Shown here: piece by piece, positions 40,386 to 53,786 of the stretch
How the letters are laid out: each line of letters starts with the position of its first letter
Position numbering within the stretch: the first letter of the stretch is position 1
NCBI RefSeq assembly: GCF_009914755.1
Contig: NC_060947.1
DNA from: the human T2T-CHM13v2.0 reference genome, Homo sapiens
DNA length: 64,000 nt
Direction: 5' to 3' (one strand)
The notes under the pieces: model-generated
What the model saw: only the letters and a program-made list of their open reading frames with translations
Database searches by the model: none
Told to the model about the DNA's origin: nothing
Translations under genes and position numbers: made by a program

Positions 40386-40729
40386 TTTGAGATATGCTAC
40401 TGCAGTTTTGAATAAACATGGTGGTAAGCAGAGTCCCTAGCCTAGGCTTCCTGTGCCTTTCAGCTCAGGCTCCCTGGCTGGTTGTCTCCTCCTGGTGCCT
40501 GTGTTTGGAGGTTGCAAAGTCTGAGCTGTTCCCAGGAGATGCTTTATATATGCATTTTGGAGTGTGGTTCTGCTGCGTGTCCCCTCAGCCTAGGACTTTG
40601 TTTTCCATTTCCAATACACCACAGGAAGGTTTGATAGGGAAGGATGAGGAGTGGTGAGGTGAGTCAGTGTGGGAGAAAATAGGAAGTTGGAGGAAGATGG
40701 AAGAGGGGAAGAGGGGAAGATGGGTGACT

Positions 40730-41280
40730 GGTTTGGGAAAGAGTTTCCTTTAGATGGCAGTATTTTACCAGAAATGTTAACATGCCCTTTGGTGCCACCC
40801 ACTCAGTTACCTCTTCCTCCATCATTTGCCACTGAAAAAAAGCCAACCAGCATTAAAGTGATTGTCACTAAGTGACTCCCAGCTCTCACAGTTGGTCCTC
40901 CAGTGTGCAGGGCATCTTTCTGGTAGAATGGTCTTTAGCTTCCTCTCAGAGAAAAATAAATTTGTCCCCACCATGTAACTCTAGGAATGGATCCAAACAT
41001 ATCTACCCATGGTTCTATCTTTAACACTGGATCTGGTCAAGACTATAGGAAATGTCTTTAGTCTGGGCACAGAGTTGAAGTCAAATCTACTTTGGACCAG
41101 TGGGAACATTCTGTCTTGGGCATTTTTACTATAATATAATTTAACCTTGAGGTCTCAGGCAGCTAGACACAAAGAGTGGCAGCCCTGAGGCATCAGGACT
41201 GGCATGAAGTATGATGCAAAACTGCCATCCCAAGACAACAGGGCCTGAGGACCCAGCTCTTCTCACAATGCTGTCCTCTT
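40730..41280 (+). repeat. Module copy 7 (closest to copy 2)
   Basis: Core EFPLDGSILPEM; tail aaaactgccatc.caagacaa...ggcctgaggaccc is shared with 25037-25075. Confidence 0.75.
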
Positions 41281-41625
41281 GTCTTCAGGCTACGATGGTC
41301 CTACTTTTAGGTCAGTTAGATATAAGATCTCAGAATACTTGGCACTTGAAAACTCTATTCAAACCTCTGCACTAAAGGACTTACCAAAATCTAGAATGTC
41401 TTCTAGCAGTGTCCCTGGGATGGCCCAGCCCTACTTATCATGTTTACCACAGAATTCTCACAGTTGAGAAAAAAATGTAGTTTTTTTTTCTAGCTAACAC
41501 ATACTTGATAATATTTAAACTTCCTTTCTTAGAGCACTCCTAAAAAGAGCTTACAATCTCCTAAAAAGAGATCTTTGGGTCATTGATGAAATTAAGACAG
41601 AATTTTTTTTAAAAAATTGAAATCA

Positions 41626-44600
41626 GGAGAGAGACAGCATCATGACAGACAGAAGGCAGGACTAGATTATAGCTCCGGACAGAGCAGCATGCAGCGTCTT
41701 GCATTGTGAATTTTAGCTCCAGATCAACTGCAAGAACAAACCAGCAATCCTGAGAGGATTCACAGACCCTCTAAAGGAAACAGACTGCACCTGCAGGACC
41801 CAGGAGACACCCCAAATACTATGAGTGCCCCAACTGTAGAAGTGGGAAAGGGAGACCCCCTTCTCCTGAGCACACCCCGACTGGAGAAGCCGAAGGTCAG
41901 TTTGCAGGAGAGGTTTCCGACTTTACCTGCAGCTGAGTCAAGTTAGAGAGATGAGTAAAATACAGGGGTAGAGGAAGCAGCAGAAAGGCCCTGGGAGCTC
42001 ACTGGGTCCCCAAGCAGCCCATTCCTGCCTGGCACCACAGGGATCCATCGGAGGGTGGCCAGAGGAGCAAGGGGTAAAACTCCACAGGGAGAAAGAATTC
42101 TCTAGCTGAACTTTGTAACAATTTGAATGGGGTGAGAAGCCTCCTGACCAGAACTCAGGGGAGGGTGTGAATCAGGCTTGCAGACTTCACAGGCGGTGGA
42201 AGAACTTTTCTCTTGCAGCTGGGAGGCAGATAACCTTGGGCAAGTTTTCAAGCCCAACTTGACCACTGCCTGGAAATAGACTCAGGGCTGTTTGCGGGGG
42301 CACAGTGGACATGAGACTGGCCCTACCATTTGTGTGGGAGCTGGGTGAGGCCTGTGACTGCCAGCTTTCCCTCACTTTCCTGACAACCTGCATGACTCAG
42401 CAGAGGTAGCCATAATCTTCCTAGGTACACAGCTCCAATGACGTGGGAATCTCACCCCCATCCTCCACAGCAGCTGGAGCAAGACCCACCCATGGAGAGT
42501 ATTTACTGAGCTCAGACATGCCTAGCCCCACCCCTACTTGATGGTCCTTCCCTGTCCACCCTGGTAGTGTAAGACAAAGGGTATATAATCCTGGGAGTTC
42601 TAGGGCCCTACCCACTACCAGTCCCTCTCCACACTACTATAGCTGATGATTTCTGGAAAGCACCACCTCCTGGCAGGAGGCCAACCAGCATAAAAATAGA
42701 GCATTAAACCACCAAAGCTAAGGACCCTCATGGAGTCCATTGCACCCTCTGCCATCTCCACTGGAACAGGCACTGGTATCCATGGCTGAAAGACCCATAG
42801 ACAGTTCACATTACAGGACTCTGTGCAGACAACCCCCAGTACCAGCCTGGAGCTGGGTAGACTCACTGGGTGGCTAGACCCAGAAGAGAGACAACAATCA
42901 CTGCAGTTTGGCTCACAGGAAGCCACATCCATAGGGAGAAGAGAGTAGTACATCAAGGAAACACCCTGTGGGACCAAAGAATCTGAACAACAGCCTTCAG
43001 CCCTTGACCTTCATTCTAACAGAGCCTACCCAAATGAGAAGAAACCAGAAAACCAACCCTGGCAATATGACAAAACAAGGCTCTTCAACCCCCCCCCCCC
43101 AAAATCACACTAGTTCCCCAGCAATGGATTCAAATCAAGAAGAAATCGCTGATTTACCTGAAAAAAATTCAGGTTAGTTATTAAGTTAATCAGGGAGGGA
43201 CCAGAGAAAGGCGAAGCCCAATGCAAGGAAATCCAAAAAATGATACAAGAAGTGAAGGCAGAAATATTCATGGAAATAGATAGCTTAAAGAAAAAACAAT
43301 AAAAAATTCAGGAAATTTTAGACACACTTTTAGAAATGTGAAATGCTCTGGAAAGTCTCAGGAATATAATTGAACAAGTAGAAGAAAGAAATTTATAGCT
43401 CAAAGACAAGGTCTTCGAATCAACCCAACCCAACAAAGACAAAGTAAAAAGAATAATAAAATATAAACAAAGTCTCCAAGAAGTCTGGGATTATGTTAAA
43501 CAACTGAACCTAAGAATAATTGGTGTACCTGAGGGAGAAGAGAATTCTAAAAGCCTGGAAAACATATCTTGGGGAATAATCAAGGAAAACTTCCCCAGCC
43601 TTGCTAGAGACCTAGACATCCAAATATAAGAAGCACAAAAAATACCTGGGAAATTCATTACAAAAAGATCTTTGCCTAGGCACACTGTCATCACTTTATT
43701 CAAAGTTAAGATGAAGGAAATAATCTCAAGAGCTGTGAGACAGAAGCACCAGGTAACCTATCAAGGAAAACCTATCAGATTAACAGCAGATTTCTCAGCA
43801 GAAACCTTATAAACTAGAAGGGATTGGGGCCCTATCTTCAGCCTACTCAAACAAACAATTATCAGCCAAGAATTTTGTATCCAGCGAAACTAAGCATCAT
43901 ATATGAAGCATATATGAAGGAAAGATACAGTCGTTTTCAGACAAACAAATGGTGAGAACACTCGCCATTACCAAACCACCACTACAAGAACTGCTAAGAG
44001 GAGCTCTAAATCTTGAAAGAAATCCTGGAAACATATCAAAACAGAACCTCTTTCAATCATAAATCACATAGGACCTATAAAACAAAAATACAAGTTTAAA
44101 CAATCATTTACTATGTCATTTTTCTTTACCTTGAAGAACATAAACTGTTATTTCAGTTCTACAAATCAGCAAGATATTATTTATGGCAAGAAATATTCCA
44201 TTGAAATGTGCTGTAATGTGGGAAAATGTAAATGTTTTTCATGGTTTCTACCAATGTGAAATAAAACTTAATTCTGACTTTTCTGCGGAAAAAAAAAGCA
44301 AAAACAAAAAACAAAAAACACCAAGTACACAGACAACAAAAAGCACAATGAAAGTAATGGTACCTCACATTTCAATACTAACATTGAATGCAAATGGCCT
44401 AAATGCTCCACTTAAAAGATACAGAATCACAAAACGGATAAGAACTCACCAACCATCTGCTGCCTTCTGGAGACTCACCTAACATATAAGGACTCACATT
44501 AACTTAAAGTGGTGGAAAAAGGCATTTCATGCAAATGGACACCAAAAGTGAGCAGGGGTAGCTATCCTTATAACAGGCAAAACAAACTTTCAAGCAACAG

Positions 44601-47600
44601 CGGTTAAAAGAGACAAAGAGGGACAGCATATAATGGTAAAAGGCCTTGTGCAACAGGAAAATATCACAATCCTAAACATATATACACCTAACACTGGAGC
44701 TCCCAAATTTATAAAACAATTACTAATAGACCTAAGAAATGAGATAGACAGCAACACAATAATAGTGGGGGACTTCAATACTTCACTGACAGCACTAGAC
44801 AGGTCATCAAGACAGAAAGTCAACAAAGAAACAATGGATTTAAACTATACCTTGAAACAAATGGACTTAAGAGCTACATACAGAACATTTTCTCCAACAA
44901 CCACAGAATACACATTTTATTCAACAGCACATGGAACTTTCTCCTCAGATAGGCCATAAGATAGGCTTCAAAACAAGCCTCAATAAACTTAAAAAAAATT
45001 GAAATTATACCAAGCACTCTCAGACCATAGTGGAATAAAACTGGAAATCAACTCCAAAATAAACCTTCAAAGCCATGCAATTACATGGAAATTAAATAAC
45101 CTGCTCCTGAATGAGCATTGGGTCAAAAATGAAATAAAGATGGAAATTTAAAAATTCTTTGAATTAAATGACAATAATGACACAATCTGTCAAAACCTCT
45201 GGAATACAGCAAAGGTGGTGCTAAAAGGAAAGTTCATAGCTATAAACACCTACATCCAAAAGTCTGAAAGAGCACAAATAGACAATCTAAGGTCACACTT
45301 CAAGGAACTCGAGAAATAATGACAAACCAAACCCAAACTCAGCAGAAGAAAGGAAATAACCAAGATCAGAGCAGAACTAAATGAAATTGAAACAAAAAAA
45401 ATACAAAAGATCAATGAAACAAAAAGCTGGTTCTTTGAAAAGATAAATAAAATTGATAGACCATTAGTAAGATTAACCAAGAGAAGAGAGAAAATCCAAA
45501 TAACCTCGCTAATAAACAAAACAGAAATTATTACAACTGACACCACTTAGATACAAAAGATCATTCAAGGCTACTATGAATGCCTTTATGCATATAAACT
45601 AGAAAACCTAGAAGAAATCGATATATTCCTGTAAAAATACAACTCTCTTAGCTTAAATCAGAAAGAATGAGATACCCTGAACAGACCAATAACAAGCAGC
45701 GAGATTGAAATGGTAATTTAAAAATTACCAACAAAAAAAGTCCAGGATCAGATAGAGTCACAGCAGAATTCTACCAGATATTCAAAGAAGAATTGGTACC
45801 AATTCTTTTGACACTATTCCACAAGATAAAGAAGGAACCCTCCCTAATTCATTCTATGAAGCCAGCATCACCCTAATACCAAAACTAGGAAAGGACACAA
45901 CCAAAAAAGAAAACTACAGACAGATATCCTTGATGAACACAGATGCTAAAGTCCTTAGCAAAATACTAGCTAACTGAATCCTACAACATATCAAAAACAT
46001 AATCCAGCTGGATCAAGTGGGTTTCATACCAGGGATGCAGGGATGGTGTAATATATGTAAGTCAATAAATGTGATACACCACATAAACAGAATTAAAAAC
46101 AAAAATCACATGGTCATCTAAATAAATGCAGAAAAACCATTTGACAAAATCCAGCATCCTTTATGATTAAAACCCCCAGCAAAATCAACATACAAGGGAC
46201 ACACCTTAATGTAATAAAAACCATTTGTGACAAACCCACAGCCAACATAATACTGAATGGGGAAAAGTTGAAAGCATTCCCTCTGAGAACTGGAACAAGA
46301 CAAGGATGGCCACTCACCACTCCTTTTCAACATAGTACTGGAAGTCCTAGCCAGAGCAATCAGACAAGAGAAAGAAATGAAGGACATCCAAAATGGTAAA
46401 GAGGAAGTCAAACTGTTACTGTTTGCTGATGATATGATTGTTTACCTTGAAAACCCTAAGGACTCCTCTAGGAAGCACCTAGAACTGATAAAAGAATTCA
46501 GCAAAGTTTCCGGATACAAGATTAATGTACAGAAATCAGTAGCTCTTCCATACAACAACAGTGACCAAACAGATAAACAAATCAAGAACTTAACTCTTTT
46601 TACAATAGCTGCGGGGGAAAAAAAAACAACAACAAAACAAAAACAAAAAAAAAACAACACTTAGGAATATACCTAACAAAGGAGTCGAAAGACTTCTACA
46701 AGAAAACTACAAAACACTGCTTAAAGAAATCATAGATGACACAAACAAATGGAAACACATCCCATGCTCATTGATGAGTAGAATCAATATTTTGAAAACG
46801 ACCATACTGCCAAAAGCAATCTATAAATTCAATGCAATCTCCACCAGAACACTACCATAATTCTTCACAGAGTTAGAAAAATCAATCCTAAAATTCATAT
46901 GGAATCAAAAAAGATCCCACATAGCCAAAGCAAGACTAAGCAAAAATAACAAATCTGGAGGCATCACACTACCTGATTTCAAACTATACTATAAGAACAG
47001 TCACCAAAACAGCGTGATACTGGTATAAAAATAGGCACATAGACCAATGGAACAGAATAGAGAACCCAGAAATAAACCCAAATACTTACAGCCAACTGAT
47101 CTTCGACAAAGCAAACAAAAACAAAGTGGGGAAAGGACACACTTTTCAACAAATGGTGCTGGGATAATTGGCTAGCCACATGTAGAGGAAAGAAACTGGA
47201 TCCTCATATCTCACCTTACACAAAAATCAACTTAAGATGGATTAAGAACTTGAACCTAAGACCAAAACTATAAAAATTCTAGAAGATAACATTGGAAAAT
47301 CCCTTCTAGACATTGGCTTAAGCAAGGATTTCATGACCAAGAACCCAAAAGCAAATGTAATAAAAACAAAGATAAATAGCTGGGACCTAATTAAACTAAA
47401 GAGCTTTTGCATGGCAAAAGGAACAGTCAGCAGAGTATACACAAAACCCACAGAGTGGGAGAAAATCTTCACAATCTATACATCTGACAAAGGACTAATA
47501 TCCAGAATCTACAATGAACTCAAATCAGTAAGAAAAAAACAATCCCATTAAAAAGTCGGCTAAGGACATGAATTGATAATTCTTAAAAGATATACAAATG

Positions 47601-48393
47601 GCCAATAAACATATGAAAAAATGCTCAACATCACTAATGCTCAGGGAAATGCAAATGAAAACCACAATGCAATACCATCTTACTCCTTCAAGAATGGCCA
47701 TAATAAAAAAATAAAAAAACAGTAGATGTTGACATGGATGCAGTGAACAGGGAACATTTCTACACTGCTGGTGGGAATGTAAACTAGTACAGCCACTACG
47801 GAAAACAGTGTGGAGATTTCTTAAAGAACTAAAAGTAGAATTACCATTTGATCCAGCCATCCCACTACTGGGTATCTACCCAGAGGAAAAGAAGTCATTA
47901 TTCAAAAATGATACTTGCACACACATGTTTATAGCAGCACAGTTCACAATTGCAAATTCGTGGAACCAACCCAAATGCCCATCAATCAACAAGTGGATAA
48001 AGAAACTGTGTTATATTTGATGGAATACTATGCAGCCATAAGAAGGAATTAATTAATAGCATTTGCAGTGACCTGGATGAGATTGGAGACTATTATTCCA
48101 AATGATGTAACTCAGAAATAGAAAACCAAACATCATGTTTTCACTGATATGAGGACACAAAGGCATAAGAATGATACAGTGGACTTTGGGGGCTTGTGCA
48201 GAAGAGTGGGAGGGAGGCGAGGAATAAAAGACTACAAATATGGTGCAGTGGTATACTGCTTGGGTGATGGGTGTACCAAAAATCTCACAAATCACCACTA
48301 AAGAACTTACTATGTAACCAAATACTACCTGTGACCCCAATAACTTATGGAAAAAATTTCAAAAAATTTCAGTTGCCAATAAATAAACATTTA
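41626..48393 (+). mobile_element. Full-length L1PB1-like element, ORFs inactivated
   Basis: 15-bp TSD AAAAAATTGAAATCA (41611-41625 and 48394-48408); EN motifs ISILTLNANGLN and TIIVGDFNT; RT motif LFADDMIVY; L1PB-type 3' UTR. Confidence 0.93.
44100..44297 (+). pseudogene. 5'-truncated retrocopy of an mRNA 3' UTR end inside the L1 inter-ORF region
   Basis: About 190 bp of non-L1 AT-rich sequence ending gtgaAATAAAacttaattctgactttt..cgg plus an A-tract, interrupting the A-rich L1 spacer. Confidence 0.65.
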
Positions 48394-48749
48394 AAAAAAT
48401 TGAAATCAATGAAAATGGAGACACAAAATAACCAACCTGCAGGGATACCTCCCAAACACTTTTGATTGAATGTGTCTATCATCCTGGTGGCCAAGAAGAA
48501 ATCCCTGCACACTCTGCCTAGTGCTGAGCTGCATAAATCAGGAATCCAGGCACACAGAGTCATGGCTCAGAAAGGGCCAAAGACTGCCTGCGTGAGGTTT
48601 TCCAGATGCTGATGTGTTATGCAGCTGAACTGCCACAATTCCTACATCTCCCATGAGCCTAGAAAATGGCAGACTCGAGCTCTTGCAAGGACCCCACTAG
48701 ACAGCCTGGTGTCTGCCTTCACAGTCAGCGACCACGACCTGGCAGCTCT

Positions 48750-49006
48750 GGCTCTAGCATTGTGTTCCGTGTGTGTGTGTGTGTGTGCGCGCGCGCGCGG
48801 TGTGTGTGTGTCTGTCTGCCTGTCTCTGGCTCTAGAATTGTGTTCCGTCTGTGTGTCTGGCTCTAGCACTGTGTTTCTACTGTGTGTGTGTTTGTGTGTC
48901 TGGCTCTAGCATTGTGTTTCTACTGTGTTTGTGTGTGTGGCTCTAGCACGGTGATTCTACTGTGTGTGTGTGTGTGTGCGCGCGCGCGCGCACACACACA
49001 CACATG
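48750..49006. repeat. Compound minisatellite: 5 x GGCTCTAG(C/A)A..gtg units with (TG)n, (CG)n and (CA)n tracts
   Basis: Units start at about 48750, 48828, 48859, 48902 and 48939. Confidence 0.9.
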
Positions 49007-49989
49007 CCTCACTGAATGCCAAGGGTCCCCTGAGCATCCTTTCCTGTAGAGCCAGGTCTCAGAATGTGTAACAGTGCCTGTTCAATTCCCCTTACCCCAA
49101 CAGAAATAGACTTTAAGAGTCCACAGAAAAAGACATACAAGGATCTTAAAATATACAAAAATATCTTTTAGCGACTCATAAGAAGGGAAATCAAAACAAA
49201 AACTACACTGTTGTATAATTTTTCACATATTATCAATTTCCAACCATGACCTGTCCCCCTCTGAGGAACCTGTACTACCTACTATTTCCTGACCCATCTT
49301 GGTTCTGGCTCCTCTCAAGTGTTCTCAAGTAATCACACTATTTTCTTGCTAGAATTTGTCCTACACATGCAGATAGCCAAATGCCATCTCACAAGGAATG
49401 TAAAACCACATGTTCTGGTGCAATTGCTTTGTTTTCTTTACCGTTAAAATGGTTATAATCCCACTTAAAACACAGTGCAATTCACTATGCGAAATGACCT
49501 CTCATGCAATCAAATCTCCATAGAACTTTGGTCAGTTTTTCTAATTTTGGAAATAAGGCCAAACTTTTGCCTTAGTATCAATAACAAGAAACACAAAGCA
49601 CAACAAGAGCGAACACACAAACACTCTTAACATCTTCATCTAGAAATAACCAGTATAACTGTGACAATTGTGTCTTCTTTCCTTTTGGACTTTTTTTGTC
49701 TACATATAATTTGTTGAGCTTATATTTTGTATTATTACCACTATCTTTTGTAATTTTTGATACTTATTTAAGAAGCTTCATTCTTTCTTTTTCTTAATAA
49801 TCATGGCCGTTTCAGATCCTCCCATTTCACAGAACTGAAAAAAGATGAAAATGTGAGCGAGCCCCTGAAAATCTGGGGGGGGGGTTCTCTTTCCATGTCT
49901 TTAAATGCGTACGTAGAAAGGGAGCTGTATTGCTTTTAGGCCAAAATTTCATCCGAGGAAATGTACCCTCTTTAGGGGTACATTCAAGG

Positions 49990-50850
49990 GAGCCCAGCAC
50001 TTGTGAGCACGCACGGCGGCCATGCGGTTTAACCACCACTCAGTCCAAACCCACAGAGCACGCGCACCCTCCTCCAGCCACGTAGGTGGGGAGAACTCGA
50101 GTGGGTGAAGGAATCCGTGTGCGCACCCTTCTCCTCCTGTTCGCCCCGCCCTTTGGCCACACAGAAACGCTTCCAGGCCAACCGACGAGGAAGGCTAGAG
50201 GGACTCTGCTAGGAGGCTCTCCCTACACTTGCCAGAACTGAAAACGTAGGCAGGGGTTAAAAACTCAGTGCTCCAAAAACGCAAGACCCCGACCCGCCCA
50301 CATGGCCCCGACTCGGCCCTCGGGGACTCCCAGATAACTGCCTGACGCCCGAGCCGGTGGTGCGGCAGCCACCATTGCGCAAGTTCGAGCGCCCGGCTCT
50401 GGCTGCTCACATGATGGAGGATGGGGAAGGTCCTCTGCACCAGAAAGGCCGCCTATGGCACAGAACCCCTGCCCTACTTCCCCCAGCGTCAGGGAAAGGA
50501 AAGGCAAAGAAAGGAAAGACGAAGGAAGGAAACCTACCTAGCTGAGGCTGCGCGCCAGCGGGAAAGGTCCGACTACCTCTGATCTGCGTTCTGGGGACGG
50601 CTGGACCCCAATGCGCCCCCTGCGGCAACGCGACTCCCGCGTTGCCACAGGGTAGGCTGCCATCCCTCCCTCCATCTTCTGTGTCTCCTGTTCCCCAGAG
50701 GGGGTGGAAGCTGAAGGTCAAAGGAAGGGGAGGTGTTGGGAATCCGGGTTGTGTGGTGTCGGCTCCGCCCAGGGGAGGAGTGGGACATCTTAAGCCAGTC
50801 GTAGGTGCTTAAAGGGCCGGGAGAGGTGGGCTACGGAAAGTCAGGTGGGA
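49990..50850. promoter_or_regulatory. CpG island, probable (bidirectional) promoter
   Basis: Sharp CpG enrichment; GC box ccccgccc near 50143; TTGCGCAA at 50375-50382; minus-strand donor CTAG|GTAGGT near 50538. Confidence 0.75.
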
Positions 50851-51095
50851 AATCTTTCATCTTGGCCAGTTGCTCGGTAGAATCTATTTCTTTCCCTTAG
50901 AATAAGGTACTTGTTGCTAGGGGGCAAACGATGATTGAGTCAGAACAATACAATGGAATATCTATAGTTCAATATTCGCAAAACATTTAGACGTAAAAGA
51001 AATTTAAATATGCATATTTTCAACCGATAAGTTTGTATCATTACATTGACTGAGGTTACTAAAAGCCTCAATTGCTCCCTCCCCAGGTGAGAGGT

Positions 51096-52113
51096 AATGA
51101 GTAAGAGAAAAGGTCTGGGAGTATCTGGCCAGCAGGTAGTCTTGGGGTAGGGGCATGGGGCTGAGAGTGTGGGGTCAGTTGGTGGGGAGTGAAATGTGTG
51201 GTTCCCAAGACCAGACACTGCCGGTGCCCTATCACTCCCTGATTTTTGTCTGGAACTGTTAGGGGCCCAGTGCTGCTTCTGCGGCCATTCCAGGGGATGC
51301 TGCTGTTTGGCGCACACGCTGCCTAGGTGGGTGATGAAATGCTACGTCCGAAAGAGTGACAGCGACTCGAAGGTTTCCCCTGTCTGACCAGTGCCCTGAT
51401 ATCTTCTTTCTTTTGAAAAAAAAAAAAAAAAAGGAACACTTTTGTCTTGCAAAATAATATTCGCAGAATGAAGACACCTGTAGTGCATAAAGAAAAACGA
51501 AGATAACCCGTGATGACACCACTCAGAGGACTGTTAAATTGGGGCGTACATCCTTCTAGCACCTGATTTCTTAAGTTGGAGGGAGAGATGCAAATAAAGA
51601 TCCTTTTAAAATAATAGTCTGGTGAGCTCCCAAGACCCATGGGAAGCATGCACGCTATTCAGTTGCCAACCTATTGATTGCGAAGATATTTTTGTGGACC
51701 CATTTAATTTTCTATTCATAATATAGTATTTGATGGACTTTTACTATTATTTTTTGTTTCACAAACCCAATGTTTTAGGACCTGATGGACTTTTACAAAA
51801 ATTTTTCTGAAGAAAAATTTTAAGGAATGTTTTCCCTACAAATAAGTGTTTCAAGTGAGAACCAAAGTCACCGCTGCCCAGGTCCACTCCCCAGTACACC
51901 CACCTTAAAAGAAACACTTTAAAAAGAAATCCAAGGCCTCTACACCAACCTGAGGAGGGTACAACTGCACTTTTACCGCCTCCAACTCCTTAGAATTTTC
52001 TGCCTCCATTTCACTCCCCACCAACTGACCTTCACTCTCTCAGTCCCCCATCCCCACCCCACCCCAAGACCACCTGCTGGCCAGATACTCCCAAACCTCT
52101 TCTCTTACTCATT
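51096..52113. repeat. About 105-bp inverted repeat pair (51096-51196 and 52007-52113)
   Basis: aatgagtaagagaa..gggagtatctggccagcagg..ggtcagttggtggggagtgaaatg is the reverse complement of catttcactccccaccaactgacc..cctgctggccagatactccc..ttctcttactcatt. Confidence 0.9.
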
Positions 52114-52599
52114 CCCTTGCTGTTTGGGCAGAGGTGGGTGGGAATTACCAGGAGGTAGGGGAAAGAGAATAAATGGGCATAGGTAATACTTTTTTCTGGT
52201 CAGACAGATGCCTTCACCGGCTTAGGGGAGAGTTGAGGGAGGAGTTAAGACTCTGCCACAATTCCACGTTGTAGAAAATGGAAAGTGGAAAGAGCTTCCC
52301 TCTCGTTCCCAGGTGGAATTAGCCGAGAAAGAATTGGGCTATGAATCTCAGCTGCACCTCTCTGGATGCCTCCTTGTTTTTCTCCTCCTTTATTTAATGT
52401 AGGAATGGCCATTGCCTGACACAGAATCAAGTCACAGCCTTTTTTCTGTCTGCATTACCTGAACCGACACAGATTCAATAAACACTCATTGTGCCAGGAA
52501 ACCAAGGTCCACAGAGGCTAAAGCTTTGCCAAGGTGAACCGGAGTGTCACAGGATGAATCCAAACATGCTAGGCTGCAACTCCTTTGCGCTCTTCATGC

Positions 52600-53390
52600 A
52601 AATGGGCAAGCAGCTCCATAAAGGATGCTCAACATCATTCATTTAGGCAAATACAAAGCAAAATCACGAGGAGATACACTTCACACTTACTAGGATGGGT
52701 AGAATAAAAACAAAATTGAAAATAACAAGTGTGATGAAGATGTAGAGAAATTGAAACTGTCATACATTGCCGGTGGGAAAGTAAAACGATGTAGATATTA
52801 TGGAAAGGAGTTTGGCACTTCCACAAAAAGTTAAACGTATAATTACCACGTGATCCAGGAATTCCACTCCTAAGTATATATCCAAGATAACTGAAAAGAT
52901 ATTTGAACAAAAGTTATGCATGAATATTTGTGGCAGCATAATTCATAAAACCCAAAGGAGAAACAACCTAAATGCCCATGAACTGGTGAGTGTTTAAACA
53001 AATATGCTATATCCATACCATGGCTTATTATTTAGCCATAACATGGAATGAAGCACAGATACATGATACCACATGGATTTAACCTGGAAACTATTATAAT
53101 ACATTAAGAAACCAGACAAAAATGCATATTGCATGATTCCATTTATATAAAATGGCCAGAATAGGCAAATCTATACAGAGACAAAGTGGATTAGTAGTTG
53201 CCAGGGGCTGGGGAAGGCTGAATAAGAAATGACTGCTAATAGAAATGGAGCTTTCATTTTAGAAAAATTTTCTAAAATTTGTTGTAATGGATACACAATT
53301 TTGTGAATGTACTAAAAAGCAATGACTTGTATACTTTTAAATGGTGAATTACATGGTATGTGAATTGTATGTCAATAATAAAATGTAAAC
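52600..53390 (+). mobile_element. Ancient L1M 3' end
   Basis: gatgctcaacatcatt, aattccactcctaagtatatatccaag, aggcaaatctata..tagtagttgccaggggctgg, atggtgaattacatggtatgtgaatt. Confidence 0.8.
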
Positions 53391-53786
53391 CAGCACTTAG
53401 ATTTAATAAAATTTAGGTACAAGATTTGTGGGAAATTTTATATCATGGGTGAATCAAGGTGAGAATGCTGTAACTCACTGATATGATATTTTCCATCAAA
53501 TATATGAGAAACATATTATGTGAATGCTGATATCATGCAATCAGAGTACAAAGCATCAACTATGAATGTTCCTGCCAAAAAAATTGTACCTGAATCTAAC
53601 CACATCCATAGATATTACTACAAGATATTCTGCTTATAAAGGAATAGGTTTTGCATTAGGATGGATACGGTAAAATGTAAAAAATGAATAATTCTACAGG
53701 ACAAATAATAAACCAGTCTCTCACCAAAGGAATAGCAAAGAAAAGAGGGAGGGTGGTGGTGTTATAGATTTAAGAAGAAATAGGAG

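Noticed and set aside
51326-51400. GTGATGA...CTGA as a C/D snoRNA, or TGATGA...GAAA as a hammerhead core
   Set aside because: The terminal stem is short and weak and there is no recognisable guide. The hammerhead core lacks the initial C, stem II and the UH cleavage site.
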